DNA of 64,000 nucleotides. Origin: Octopus vulgaris (lineage: Eukaryota). Below the pieces are notes generated by a model. The model did no database searches and was not told the origin of the DNA. It saw only the letters and a list, made by a program, of their open reading frames with translations. Where the stretch lies: contig OX597818.1 in assembly GCA_951406725.2 (NCBI GenBank), forward strand, positions 119,722,001-119,786,000. Direction: 5' to 3'. This document shows positions 1-13,552 of this stretch, in pieces (the stretch's first letter is position 1; each line of letters begins with the position of its first letter). The translations under genes and the position numbers were made by a program.

Positions 1-59
1 TTCAATCCGATTATTTCTATGTCCCCGCGCATGATACAGCTTTAAGACATTTATTGGAT

Positions 60-222
60 GACCGTTGACTCTCAAGAGTTCCTCCGCCCTTTGACGGGTT
101 TTGTTTTTCATCCCGCAGGGTGACCAATAAACACCCTCCTCACCAAGCGAGCTTGGTGGGGTTGCCGGTTTAGTCGCCGACGACCCGACAATGCAACAGG
201 TTGTACTGGGTTACATGTTACA
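60..222 (-). mobile_element. GC-rich structured repeat fragment, possibly a LINE 5' region
   Basis: GC/CpG-rich relative to the background, with a perfect hairpin caccaagc-ga-gcttggtg at 141-158. No ORF. Family and strand are a guess. Confidence 0.3.
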
Positions 223-224
223 TT

Positions 225-654
225 TAACACACTATCCAAATACCAATCTTGAGAAATTAGGCTTCTCAAAACCAGAAAGAAGAAAGCTAATTCGAAGACT
301 ACAGATCCAATCCATCATTGGAACTGTAAAAATCTGTAAAACTTTCCAGAAGTTTATCATTTAAATATATATGAGCATGTCTAGGTATGTAACTATATGC
401 CTGAGAATACATATATAAAACAAAATATACAAATCTGCACATATACATACATACCTGCATACATACATACATACATACATACACACATACATACATACAT
501 ACATACATACATACATACATACATACATACATACATACAAACAAAAGTACCCTGTTGTTGGTGTCTAAATTCCAATGAAGGTACCTTGAATCTAGGTTAG
601 AAACCGGTTCTTTCTCTATTGGCAAGAAATCTTGAAATAAAACTGAACGATGAC
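225..654 (+). mobile_element. 3' end of REL-type (R4/Dong-like) LINE, family A, copy 1
   Basis: 239-364 reads NTNLEKLGFSKPERRKLIRRLQIQSIIGTVKICKTFQKFII*. The 3' UTR carries an internal (TACA)n. Homologous to 10514-10980 and 19838-20177 in reverse. Confidence 0.8.
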
Positions 655-852
655 ATACATGCATACATACATGCTTATATACATACATGCACGCAACTAC
701 CTAGCTTATGTCTAAATTTTAGTCAAAGAACCTCGCTTTGTTCACGAGAAAATACTGCTAGACGAAGAAGTAACACATCTCCCTCGGTTGTTTGTCTCCG
801 TTACTTGTTATCGTAAGTGAAAATTTTAAAATGCTAAACGTATAATAAACTG

Positions 853-964
<112 letters not shown>

Positions 965-1825
965 CAAGCAAAAGGAAAATTTGTATCATTTGGACAGAGA
1001 TAATCCGTGGAATTAAACTTTTTATACTGATTTTGTATAAGTAATCAATTCCGAACACTATTTCTATGCTTGTAACGAGTAAGTTAATAATCTTCATTCT
1101 TGTTCCGTTACCGAAGGGATACAGTTCGTTAGAACATACGGCGACCCACTTTAAATTAAGTTAACTAGGTAGCATGGGAGGTGAGTCAGTGAGTTCAAAA
1201 ATACAGGTGAATAGTTAGCTCTTACTTCATTACACCTTTCTTTAATTATATCAAAACATAGATATGAACCTATTTCTCCTGGGAATATCTGTAGCTCTTC
1301 TACATCAAATATTAATGAATGACTGATTTTTGGAGTAAGTATAAGCATTAGCATCTCCCCTCCCCAAATAAAACTATTTTTGTCTCAAATGCTGTGTCAA
1401 CGTTGGTGGCATTCTTCAAGGGTCTGCCAAACACAGTAAGAGAATCCTCTGAAATCATGAATGCGTCGTCAATAATGAAAAGGATTTCATTCCCGATGAA
1501 GGAAGATTAGATGTGTTCCAACATTCGTATAAGTTACTTTACTAATGATGGATTATATTTTCGGTTTCATTTCGTAATTTATAAATGCCTTCATGTATAA
1601 AGTATTATGTTACTGATTTCGTTCCATAGTAGCGATAGCTTATATTTAAAGCGATACTCACGTCGAGCATAAAATAATAAGCCTATAGCTTCACTTTTCT
1701 TTTGCTCTCTTCTGTATCTCCTAATATACTAATGAACGTAGTGTTTTATATATTTGTATATGGAGGTGATCTAAACGATTAGGTACGCTAGGTAAGAACT
1801 GTAACGGATTACTGAGGCTCCTAGG

Positions 1826-1867
<42 letters not shown>

Positions 1868-2017
1868 AGAGGCAATGCAGTGCGATCGTTTCATGCGACT
1901 CCATTTAATTCAACTGAATCTAAATTTTACTGAAATTATATATATATTTGTTTTTGTTTTTGTTTTTGTTTTTCCAGTTTCAGCTCTTGAGCTGTGGCCA
2001 TGCTGGGGCACCGCCAT

Positions 2018-2150
2018 TGTGGTGAAAGAGTACAGCAGGGATCACCACCCCCTGCCGGAGCCTCGTAGAGCTTTTAGGTGTTTTCGCTCAATAAACACAC
2101 ACAACGCCCGGTCTGAGAATCGAAACCGCGATCCTGCGACCGCGAGTCTG
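2018..2150 (-). mobile_element. tRNA-derived SINE type S3, partial head
   Basis: Matches the head region of 48505-48877 and 58167-58550. Confidence 0.75.
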
Positions 2151-2474
2151 CATGGATATATATATATATATATATATAGATCCTGGTTTTAGAGTCAAGT
2201 TTTGGCTGCTATTTCCAGCTTGGTGGTATCTCTTAGATACCCTAAATTATAATTTTAATAATAATTATTACCTTTGAAGATTTTTATTCTCATGCTGGCC
2301 ACTTGATAAGATTGATATTTAAATAACGATCTTATCCTTATTTATTGCCTTCGTCTTTTGTTTATTTTCGTAAACTTTCCCTTTATATCTATATCTATAT
2401 CTATCTATCTATCTATCTATCTGTGTGAGTATATGTGTGTACAACAGAAGTATGTGAATGTTTGTGTGGCATCT

Positions 2475-3017
2475 CCTGGAAGGACCGAGTACCAAACGCA
2501 GGTCATCCTGGAACAGACTAATATGCCAAGCATGTATGCCCTCCTCGTGCGGAGACGACTGCGCTGGCTCGGACACGTCTGCCGCATGCAGGACGGTCGC
2601 ATGCCTAAAGACATCCTGTACAGCGAACTCACCACGGGATCCCGACCCAAGGGACGTCCACAGCTACGATACAGGGACGTGTGCAAGCGCGACCTGAGGA
2701 CTGCCAACATCTGTGTGGACACGTGGGAGGAAACAGCTGCTGACCGCTCTGCCTGGCGTCGGACGGTGAGGAAAGGCGTTTCCATGGCTGAGGAGAGGAG
2801 AGCACAGCTGTGGTTGGACAAGCGGGACAGGAGGAGGACAACTGCAGTAACACCCCACACGTACCCATCGATGTTCGTGTGCAGCAACTGTACCAAGGAC
2901 TGCCACTCTAGAATTGGACTGTTCAGTCACAGTAGACGCTGCACATCATCAAAGTAGGCCCCCACCCTTGGCGCAACCCATTGTCTATCAAGACAGACGG
3001 GGATAAAGAAAGAAGAA
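2475..3017 (+). mobile_element. RTE-clade LINE 3' end (ORF2 C-terminus, short 3' UTR, gaaa tail)
   Basis: Protein RRLRWLGHVCRMQDGRMPKDILYSEL...GSRPKGRPQLRYRDVCKRD...CSNCTKDCHSRIGLFSHSRRC is typical of RTE/BovB-like C-termini. Stop at 2955-2957. Confidence 0.93.
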
Positions 3018-3033
3018 AGTTATTTATAAAGGA

Positions 3034-3357
3034 GTACTCCGTCGGTTACGACGGCGAGGATCCCAGCTGATTACGATCAACTGAACAGCCTTCTCGTGAA
3101 ATCAACCCGCAAGTGACTGAGCAATCCACAGACAAATGTACCTCTAACGTTGTTCTCAGGGTGATTTAGCGTGGCACAAAGTGTGACAAGGCCAGCCCTT
3201 TGAAATACAGGTACAACTCATTCTTGCCAGTTGAGTGGACTGGAGCAACGTGAAATAAAGTGCCTTGCTCAAGGACACAACGCGTCGCCGGGAATCGAAC
3301 TCACGACCTTACGATCGGGAGCCGAATGCTCCTAACCACTAAGCTACGCACCTTCAC
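3034..3357 (-). mobile_element. tRNA-derived SINE, S4 head + CORE-like domain + S3-type tail
   Basis: Minus strand has A box tagcttagtgg, B box gttcgattc and CORE-like tgtccttgagcaaggcactt. The tail is shared with 58370-58550. Possible TSD ttatttata. Confidence 0.85.
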
Positions 3358-3789
3358 CTTATTTATATATAACATACAATTAGCCGTCATTATTGAAGGA
3401 ACGTGGTCAGCAAGTATCTAATACTTTAGACTTAATGCTTTTATCTGTTCACCAGTGTACCTCAGTATGGTTTTTCTTTTTCTACTATAGGTACGGGGTC
3501 TGAAGTTTAGCGGGATGGGTCTACTCGATTATATTGACCCAGTGCTCAACTTGTCCTGCTTTTCTCGACCCAGAAAAGAAGAACGGCAAAGTTGACCTCG
3601 GCGGCATTTGAACGCAAAACGAAAACAATTTCAGAAGAATAAGTTTCTCTCTATCTCTGTTTCTCTCTGTCTCTCTCTGTCTCTCTCTCAGCTCTGTAAC
3701 TACGAATATTGAGAGACAGATAGACAGATATGTCGACGCACAAACATACACACACACAGACACACGCACACATATTTCATTTTCTTTTT

Positions 3790-3989
3790 CTTTATACTTC
3801 TTTCAGTCATTTGATTGTGGCCATGCAGGAGCACTACCTTCCATCGAACAAGTCGACTCCGGGACTTATTCTTTGTAAGCTTAGAACTTATTCTAACAGT
3901 CGCTTTTGTCAAACCGTTAAGATACGTGGACGTAAACACACCAGCATCGGTGTCAAGCGATGGTGGTGGGGACGAACACAGACCTACAA

Positions 3990-4050
<61 letters not shown>

Positions 4051-4199
4051 GCGGGCTTCTCTCAGTTTCTGTCTACCAAATCCACTCACAAGGCTTTGAG
4101 CGGCCCGAAGCTATAGTACAAGACACTTAGCCAAGGCGCTACGCAGTGGGGCTGAACCCGGATCCATGTGGTTCTTACCGCATAGCGACTCCTGCGCCT
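3790..4199 (-). mobile_element. tRNA-derived SINE type S2 (CORE-like, internal microsatellite)
   Basis: Homologous to the many S2 copies: head aggcgcaggagt, internal (TA)n, tail gactgaaa. Confidence 0.88.
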
Positions 4200-4221
4200 A
4201 TATATGTATATTCAATTCGTT

Positions 4222-4271
<50 letters not shown>

Positions 4272-4626
4272 TAAAAAAAGTCAGTTATTTTCAGAGCTGG
4301 AGAGAGATGAGCTTCACCAGTTCTAAAGTAACCAAAAATATGTTATATGACACACTGGTGCTTCATATGTTAGAAATAATATACTTGCTGGCGTGTGCGA
4401 AGCTTCGACAAGCGGGAATTAATTAATCAGAGGCACCCTAAACACATCTATGTATGTACGTATACATAGACACACATCCAAAAGATACTTACGCGACTAG
4501 CGAGCTGAAGCCAAGATTTCTTTATGGTTTGAACTCATGAATAACAGTTCGAAATATATTCTAGAATCTAATACAGCAATGAGTTTGGTTATTTCAATTC
4601 ATTCAATAGAATGAGGTGAAATAACC

Positions 4627-4699
<73 letters not shown>

Positions 4700-5155
4700 T
4701 GCAAGCTCTTCTCTCTATTCTCTGTCCCATTTTCCATGTCTCTATCTCTCACTTCCTTTCTTTCTCATTCCACCTCCGGCGTTCTTAGTCTGTTCCTGTA
4801 GATGCGGTTCTCTGTCTGTGCGCATCCGTAAATTATGAAAAGAAGTAATAAAGTTCTTTTCATTTCTACCAGTGTCTATGTGCGCGTGTTTATGTGGCTA
4901 TGAAGTGGATAAATTATTTACCTATTATACACACACACACAGACACATACACACACACACATACACACACACACACACACTTGCACACACACGTATGTAT
5001 ATGTGTACAAATATATATATAGATTATTATATAAGGGTGTGCAGAAGTGTGTATAACTGTATATGATAAATAACAAATAAATTAATAACGGCAACTGTAA
5101 TCCTACGTATCTGCTATGCATAGATACATACATACATACATACATAAATATATAT

Positions 5156-5220
<65 letters not shown>

Positions 5221-5224
5221 CACT

Positions 5225-5274
<50 letters not shown>

Positions 5275-5337
5275 CAGTGGCGGTGCTCCAGCATGGCCGC
5301 AGTCAAATGACTGAAACAAGTAAAAGATAAAAGATAA

Positions 5338-5376
<39 letters not shown>

Positions 5377-5394
5377 ATTACATACGTACATACT

Positions 5395-5425
<31 letters not shown>

Positions 5426-5984
5426 TGTGTGTGTGTGTGTAAATATATATATACATATATATAAAGAATATGCTTATGATTTCTTCATATAACTATTTAC
5501 GTGGCTGTGTATGAAAATGTATCATAACGGATAAATTAAGAGTGCATTATGTGTGCCGTGAATGTCCTTGTAAGCGTATACATAAATATATATATGTTTC
5601 TGCGTATGAATTATATATATGTGCGTATGCACTACTGTGCCTGTACTTGCGTAGAACATGAAATGTAGATTAAGCGTGTACTATTCTGCTCTAGAATATC
5701 TGCGTGCTTGTGTGTGAGTGTGTGTGTGTATTTGGACATGCGGGCGTAATACAAATATATGAATTGTCACTTCAGTTATTATTGCTGAGTATAACTTTGT
5801 GTATGTATGCTTCTATGTATGATTATAGGCGTGTATATGAGTGTGTATATATATATATATATGTGTGTGTATATATAAAAGACATATGTGTGAATGTGTT
5901 GATATACCTGTGCGTGCGTGTGTATGCGTGTGAGTGTATGTATTTGTGAGCGTGTGTGTGTGTGAAAGAAAGAACGTCAGTAAA

Positions 5985-6018
<34 letters not shown>

Positions 6019-6031
6019 TTGATATACATGC

Positions 6032-6063
<32 letters not shown>

Positions 6064-6143
6064 ACATATCTATGCATACGTGTGTGTATATATATCATAT
6101 ATAGATCAATCATATATATACTATGGATATATCTAAGTATGTG

Positions 6144-6185
<42 letters not shown>

Positions 6186-6317
6186 TGTATGTATGCATAT
6201 ATATGTATATATATATATATGTATATGTGTGTATATATATATATTCATGTATGTATATGTATATATATGTATGTATATATGTATATATATATATATACAT
6301 ATATATATACATATATG

Positions 6318-6353
<36 letters not shown>

Positions 6354-6801
6354 TGTATGCATGTATGTATGTATGCATGTATCAATCTCTATGTGCTGCT
6401 AAGCCCACAGCATCTCGAAGGGAATAATATAAACACATAAATAAAGCAAGTACTCACTCCTTAAATGACTATCGAAAGTAGAATGCAACCAACATGAAGT
6501 ATGATCTATGAGCGCTTTTTTGATACATCTTAATTAAATCATTTGCTTTATGAATGTTTGCGTTATTATGCTTATGCACCAAATCCCCCCCACTCTCTTT
6601 TTATTTCCAGTTGTCAATCCTTCTTTTTATGTAGGCATTGCTGTGCCGTTAAAGAAGCGTGCTTTGCAGCTATGGGATTTCGGTTTCGCTCCCAATCTGC
6701 GGAATTTTGGTAGTTTTCTACTAGTCTTTTCGTAGACAAAAAAATTTGCAGACGCCTGTCGTATATACTACTTGTATATATGTGTGTGCGTGCGTGTTTA
6801 C

Positions 6802-6847
<46 letters not shown>

Positions 6848-6907
6848 TCTTGCATATATACATATGTAAATATATATATATACATATATACATACATAAA
6901 TAAATAA

Positions 6908-6997
<90 letters not shown>

Positions 6998-7000
<3 letters not shown>

Positions 7001-7120
7001 CCTCTGTCCGGCATTCGCCATGATAGATCGCTAGCCACTAAACCTTTTTCTATTTTTTCTATTTTCTCTCCCTGTATATTTTTCTGTGTTCCTTTCTGTC
7101 GAAGAGCATAGGCTCGAAAA
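6998..7120 (+). mobile_element. Penelope-like pLTR fragment with hammerhead-like motif
   Basis: Homologous to 50565-50670 and, in reverse, to the 3' end of the GIY-YIG-bearing element at 43545-44470. Motif ctgtcga-a-gagc-atag-gctc-gaaa. Confidence 0.7.
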
Positions 7121-7699
7121 GTCTTTGGATTATATACTCTTCGCCAAACGTATTTTACGGTATAATCGTCGTGAAACTTTGATCCTTTTAAACCTGAAAA
7201 ATTGTGGCTTTGGCCTGGAACCCAATTGTGTTGATAGCCCACTATTCGGGTTGAGTACTTCTCCGAAAATACCCCAACTTCTCACTCCACCTGACCTTAT
7301 ATATAGATATATATATATGTAATGTTTGTATGTATGTATATGCATGTGCCTTTGTGTTTGTGTTTGGCCTTCCCTCATCTTGCACCGCTTAATTATCAAT
7401 GATGGGTTATTCACGTGCCTATGACTTTACAGTTCGGCAAAATAGAATAAGTATCAGACATTAAAAAGCGAATGCATGGAACCTTACCAAATCTGTAACA
7501 ACATCTCTAATACAGTAAAATCACTACCAACACCGTAACAGTTCACCAGTGCTGGAACAGCAACAAAGCCGAACAAGCAGAATCTTGAGCAAGTGCGGAA
7601 GCTTCAACCCAGTCGTCCGATCAGCCATAAATCGCAGTCAATCTTCCCTCATGTCATGCAATGTTGTCATGACAATGTAGTACATATATTAGTTTCAAA

Positions 7700-7900
7700 T
7701 TTTGACACAAGGCCAGCAATCTCGGAGGAGGGGATAGTCGAATATATCAATCCCAGTACACAACTGGTACTTATTTTTTCAACCCCGAAAGGATGAAAGG
7801 GAAAGTCAAACTCGTAGGAATTTGAAATCAGAATTTGAATAAAGACGGACGAAATGCTGCCAAGTGTTTCGTCCGGCGTAATAACGACCCTGCCCGTTCG
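7700..7900 (-). mobile_element. SINE type S1 (Meta-domain-like), diverged
   Basis: ggtacttatttttcaaccccgaaaggatgaaagg is the reverse of the S1 core. Confidence 0.75.
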
Positions 7901-8929
7901 TGAAATGATGTTCGCGTCATATTATTTTCAAATTTGGGCACAAGGCCAGGAATTTCAGGGGCGGAGTGCTAGCGATTCTGCTAGCTTGCCATTTTGTTGT
8001 AGTGCATATGAGATGGTTATGGTCGGAACGCCTTTAATCATAAGTAGCGCCACTACTTATGCTACCAAATACTACCAGATGTACCGCCCCCAATCTCAAC
8101 AACAACGAGCCAGTGAGGGACTCCACTTGAGGTCGCACAATCGGCTAGAAATAACTGCAGAAAATATCTCCAATCGCAATACACTGTCTTTGAAAACAAA
8201 AAGGAAAACCCACTTAATGCAGTATGAGTTATGCTGTAAAAGACAGGAAGGTCGTGGCTCAAGCGCTTTCATCAACAACAACAACATATCCAAAATAGTA
8301 CCCTAACTGTATACAATCACTATCACCATCTTATTATTACATTTTATATAACCACATCAACATCAACAGCAACAATAGCAGCGCAACGCCGCCATTGCAT
8401 TGAGAGTAACAATGATAGAAGCCTTTCTCTATAACCTTCTGCCTTTTCTACATACTGCAGAATAAGAATTAAACGAACCGATTAATAGAAAATCTTAGTT
8501 TATGATTCTCATTGTTATAAAATGACCATTGATTTAAGGTTCATAATACAAACAACAGACCACTATACTTTATTAGGATTCATTTGTCAAAACCGCTAAA
8601 TATGGCTGGCGTTATTTACACTAGGCGTCTGGATATTGGAATATTTGCTCATAAAGTAACAGATTTGCGGTTTGTGCGTGTGTACTGGCGTGTGAAGCCT
8701 TGTGTCGTTAGCGTGTATAAATATATTGGTTGTGTGCTATGTGCGTTGCTTATACACATATATGAACATATATGAATATATTCACGTAACACGAAAACAT
8801 AAGCGATACACATTCTTAGATATATACATGCCAATAACACACACACGTACAGATGCGCATACACACGCGTATATGAATGTGTATTGCAGCTATAGAAAAT
8901 AGTTATATATTTTATTGATTATATATATA

Positions 8930-8970
<41 letters not shown>

Positions 8971-9072
8971 TACACTCACGCGCACAGACGCACGCACAAA
9001 CACATTCATATATACACGCATATGGGTGGGTGTGTGCACTTGTAAATGTGAGTAAATAAGTTATTAATGATT

Positions 9073-9146
<74 letters not shown>

Positions 9147-9147
9147 C

Positions 9148-9178
<31 letters not shown>

Positions 9179-9202
9179 TAGACAGACAGACAGACAGACA
9201 GG

Positions 9203-9283
<81 letters not shown>

Positions 9284-10050
9284 TATAAACACATACATAT
9301 GTGACTCAAAACGGATTTTTGCATGCTTATAAAACTGTGTTCCAGTACTGAAGAATAACAATACCAAACACAATATAACTAATTTCATTTTCGGCTTAAA
9401 CAACTCTGTATTTACTCGTAATTTTGATAACGAGCCCTGTGAAATACTACAATATATCAATAGAGATTATTGCTACCGACCTACAGTTTTCAAGAACTTA
9501 ACTAAAAGTAAGCCCTGTAATACTATTTGGATTACCGTCTTTTTTTTTTTTTTTAACGTAAAAGCGAATATATGTATAAAATTCCCTACGGCAACGTACT
9601 TGCGGGAGTCGTTAGCACTCCCGTTAAAATTTTTAGAGACATTTCGCCCGTCTTTACGTTCTGACTTCAAATTCACCTCGCCTTTGCCTTTGAGCCTTTC
9701 GAGCTCGTTAAAATAATTGCCAGTTCAGTACAAAGGTCTATAAAATTTACTAGACCCATCCCCTAAAATGTCAGGATTTGTATATTTAGCAGAAATGATA
9801 TGTATGAGATTCTAGCATTTAAAGACACGCACTTTCTCAGCTATACCATTACATAGTAATTTTTTTAATAGAAACTGTTTGAAAGTGACCAAATACTTCT
9901 AACCTGAAAAATATATTATCATAGAAACTCTACTCACAAGGCTTTGGATGGCCCGAGGCTACAGTAGAAGAAACTTGCCCATGGTGCCCCGCAGCGCGAC
10001 TGATCCCGGAACCATGTGGTTAGTATACAAGTTACTTACCACAGCTACTC

Positions 10051-10360
10051 ATCTAATGCTCTTAGCTACTAAGCTAAGAGCATTAGATTCCTTGGAAGAA
10101 AGCAGCGAATGTATGTTTTCGTGTACATGCTTCCAAGGAATCTAACGCTCTTAGCATAGTTTTTCCTTGGGTTGGCCAGGTTGAAGCAATCTCGAGTATA
10201 ACCAACCGAAATTGCAAAGATAATCTGGAACTCGACTGAGGATAGAAAACTCCAAATGACACCTCCTTGTTTTCTTTGTATCGTCTCTCTGGATGTTTTG
10301 CGCTCTTGTCCCATTTTTGTATTTTTTATATATAAAATATAGAGGCTTACGTACTCTTAG

Positions 10361-10362
<2 letters not shown>
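10051..10362 (+). mobile_element. Repeat with inverted 5' duplications, probably a Penelope-like terminus
   Basis: Homologous to 39371-39440. Fold-back at the 5' end, ctgagga motif at 10236, ends in (TA)n. Confidence 0.5.
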
Positions 10363-10408
<46 letters not shown>

Positions 10409-10513
10409 TTGTAAGATATAGTGTTGTAAGATAGCTGATGCGAAATCGTGTATGTGTGTGTGCATATGTGTGTGTGCATGTGTGTGTGTGTGTGTGCATG
10501 TGTGTGTGTGTGT

Positions 10514-12575
10514 GTCATTATTCAGTTTATTTCAAGATTTCTTACCAATAGAGAAAGAACCTTTTTCTAACCTAGAGCCAAGGCTCCTTCATTGGAATTT
10601 CAACATTAACAGGGTGTTTTTGTTAGTATTTATGTATGTATGTATGTATGTATGTATGTATGTATGTATGTATGTATGTATGTATGTATGTATGTATGTG
10701 TGTGTGTGTATGTATGTATGTATGTATGTATGTATGTATGTATGTATGTATGTATGTATGTATGTATGTGCAGATTTGCAAGTTTTGCGTTAAGTATTCT
10801 CATGAATATATTTACATATCTAGATATGCTTATTTATAAGTGATAAACTTCTGGAAAGTTTTACAGATTTTTACAGTTCCAGTGATGGATTGGATCTCTA
10901 GTCTTCGAATTAGCTTTCTCCTTTCTAGTTTTGAGATGCCTAATTTCCCAAGTCTGGTATATAGGCTGTGTGTTACATATCCCAGGGCCCCAATAATTAC
11001 AATTAAAAACCTGAACTTGTAATCTGGATAGAGTGACTGCAGATTTCAGTTCAGCATAGGTGTTCTCTTTTTCACTAATCTTCAGCTTTATGTCAACATC
11101 CGCTGGACAGCTAATTTCCCCAACTGTGCACAGTTTCTCTTCTCTATCCCAAATCATTATATCAGGTCACTTGTGCTTACATTTTATTGTGGTCTTCACT
11201 GGTATATTCCACCAATATTCCTTTTAATTATGAGTGGCTATGGCTTCTACCATGTTGTAGGTTTTATTTCTTTGTCCTCTGGACTATCCTTCCAACAGAT
11301 TTCATTATAGAGTGTCCTAGCCACAACGCCATGTCTCATCGGTAGATAATACTATGATGACATTTTGGACAACTGCTTATGATGTGGGTGATATCTTCAA
11401 TGTGAACTCCACAAATTCTGCATCGGTTTTCACACTTTACGTCTTTACTGCATCTCTATCCCTTTTGTGCATCAGGCACTTGGTTGATATTTCCTGTTCC
11501 TGGATTGCAAACGCATACCCTTTAAAGTGGGAGGTAGTAATCAGGCTATTCGACCATGATAAACTGCTCTAATGATCGATGCTACTATCATCACGGAGCG
11601 TTCTCCTAACATAGCTATGCATAGTCTTCTCATATAGACTCATCCTTTCATTTGATGATACGTTGCGGTAGAATCGTGCGACATCTTTGGGCATGTATTC
11701 TAGGTTATCAGACAAATAGTGTTGCTCAAGGAACTGCATTCCAAGTATTATGATGTTATCAGTCTCATGTATGTTAACTTGGTCAAAGGATGCACTTCGA
11801 CATTTGGTAGTTAAAAGATGTTGCCGAAGGGATGTGATGCGACATTCAAAGGCATTTTGGATCGATGCTACGCCTCTTCCTCCTTGCTTTCGTTTTAGGT
11901 AGAGGCGGTCTACATCACAGTTTATGTGGAAATTATATGTGCTTGTTAGTAGTTTTGGGGTTTTCACATCAATGGTTCGGATCTTATCAAGCGTCCAATC
12001 AAGGAGCCCAAATGTTGGTATGTCACCATACAATACAGAGAGATTCTTTGCACTGATGTTAAGCCACTTCCGCTTTCTTTTCTTCAGAGATAGAAACTAC
12101 TAATATTGCTGTTTCCCTTGAAGCTTACTGATGAAGGCAGAAACTTTCAGGCTTTAATATCTATGGAGTAGTTTTCTTCACAAACTAGTCAGGTGTCCCG
12201 AATATTTGTAACAATTCTTGCACTGTAACTGCATTGTGAAATATTGACTTGTGGTAAGTGGAAAGCCCTGACCACCTTATTTAAAAGACTCGTATAATAT
12301 TCTCCGTTCATTCTAGGTTTGCTCACAATATCTTTGTGTGATTTATCTTCACCAGTAAGTAGGTATTTTGTAGCAATCGTTGTGCGGAGTGGATAAGATA
12401 ACAAAGGGTTCTGTGTTCGGAAAACTCGTTTCTGTTTTCAACTGTCAAAAACGAACATTTCTTTTTGTCAAATATATCAGCAGAAAATATTACTAAATCC
12501 ATTTGTTTCTCACCATTGTAAATATTTTGAGTATAAATTTTTACATCGCCCATAAAAAAAATTATGGGTAACATT
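10514..12575 (-). mobile_element. Degraded REL-type (R4/Dong-like) LINE, family A, long copy
   Basis: Degenerate RT motif HNFFMGDVK, DVDRLYLKRKQGGRG, CCHC knuckle near 11360-11425, REL motif IWDREEKLCTVGEISCPAD...KISEKENTY. 3' UTR matches 365-654. Many frameshifts. Confidence 0.9.
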
Positions 12576-13269
12576 AGTGTCTCTTGCTGTTGTGGACTCT
12601 AGAACATAAATCAGGATTTTCGTAAAGAAAACAAAAATAGTTTTATTCCAAAATAAGCAGAAGCATGGACATACTGTCTCCTGAGAATATTCTTCCAAAT
12701 TATTTATAACATCGAAGATAATAGTTTCGCTTGCAGTTATAAGTATAAGGATTACGAACCATATTTTTGTAAACTTTCCAATGCCAACCACGAAGGCAGC
12801 GAGCACAAGGACCAAACTGCAGTGATTTCAACAAACATAAGATAATAAAGAAAAAAATCCAATTTCTTTCTGTAATGAAGCCACGTTGCCACAAGGTGTT
12901 ATTTTCTCTTACTTTTTTATTCGGACAGTACAGCTTTATTTATCAAAATATTGGCATTGACGGTATTCTTGTTATCAATGCTTAATCGTACAAGTGAAAT
13001 TCCAGGCGGGGAAGAGTATTTTTTTATAATCAGGACGAATGTCGCTAAACAGGAAGGTAAATCATGTTTTCTTTATTTTATAACAAGAAGGAAAAAGCAA
13101 GTTACTGATTTGAGTTTAGCCAAAGAGGAAGCATTGTAGTTAGACACTTTCAAATATACGTTTTAGACGGTCGGCCGCCCTGTTCGTCTGTTGTTTGCGG
13201 TCCCATCTTTTGTACTTACATGTAAGTGCATATAAGTATAAGTGTATGTGTGTGTGTGTATATATATAT

Positions 13270-13480
13270 ATTCCTTTATTCTTTTATTCTTTTATTTGTT
13301 TCAATCATTTGACTGCGACCATGCTGGAGCACCACATTTAGTCGAGTAAATCGAAACCAGGGTTTATTCTTTGCAAGCCTAGTACTTGTATCAGTTTCTT
13401 TTGCCGAACCACCAGGTTACGGAGACGTAAACACACCAACATCGGTTGTCAAGTAATGGTGGGGATAACAAACACACAAA
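13270..13480 (-). mobile_element. SINE S2, 3' half
   Basis: Homology to other S2 copies. Interrupted at its internal microsatellite by (TAA)n and Dong-like insertions. Confidence 0.8.
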
Positions 13481-13484
13481 TATA

Positions 13485-13551
<67 letters not shown>

Positions 13552-13552
<1 letters not shown>

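Noticed and set aside
160-225. 3' part of an HDV-like ribozyme (minus strand ...ggcgaCTAAaccgg)
   Set aside because: P1, P2 and P3 partners cannot be identified because the upstream region is replaced by a LINE 3' end.
1350-1510. Minus-strand open stretch FIGNEILFIIDDAFMISEDSLTVFGRPLKN...
   Set aside because: Short, with no start or splice support and no family recognised.
12125-12150. ctgatga...gaaa hammerhead candidate
   Set aside because: Only 5 nt separate the boxes, with no stem II pairing.
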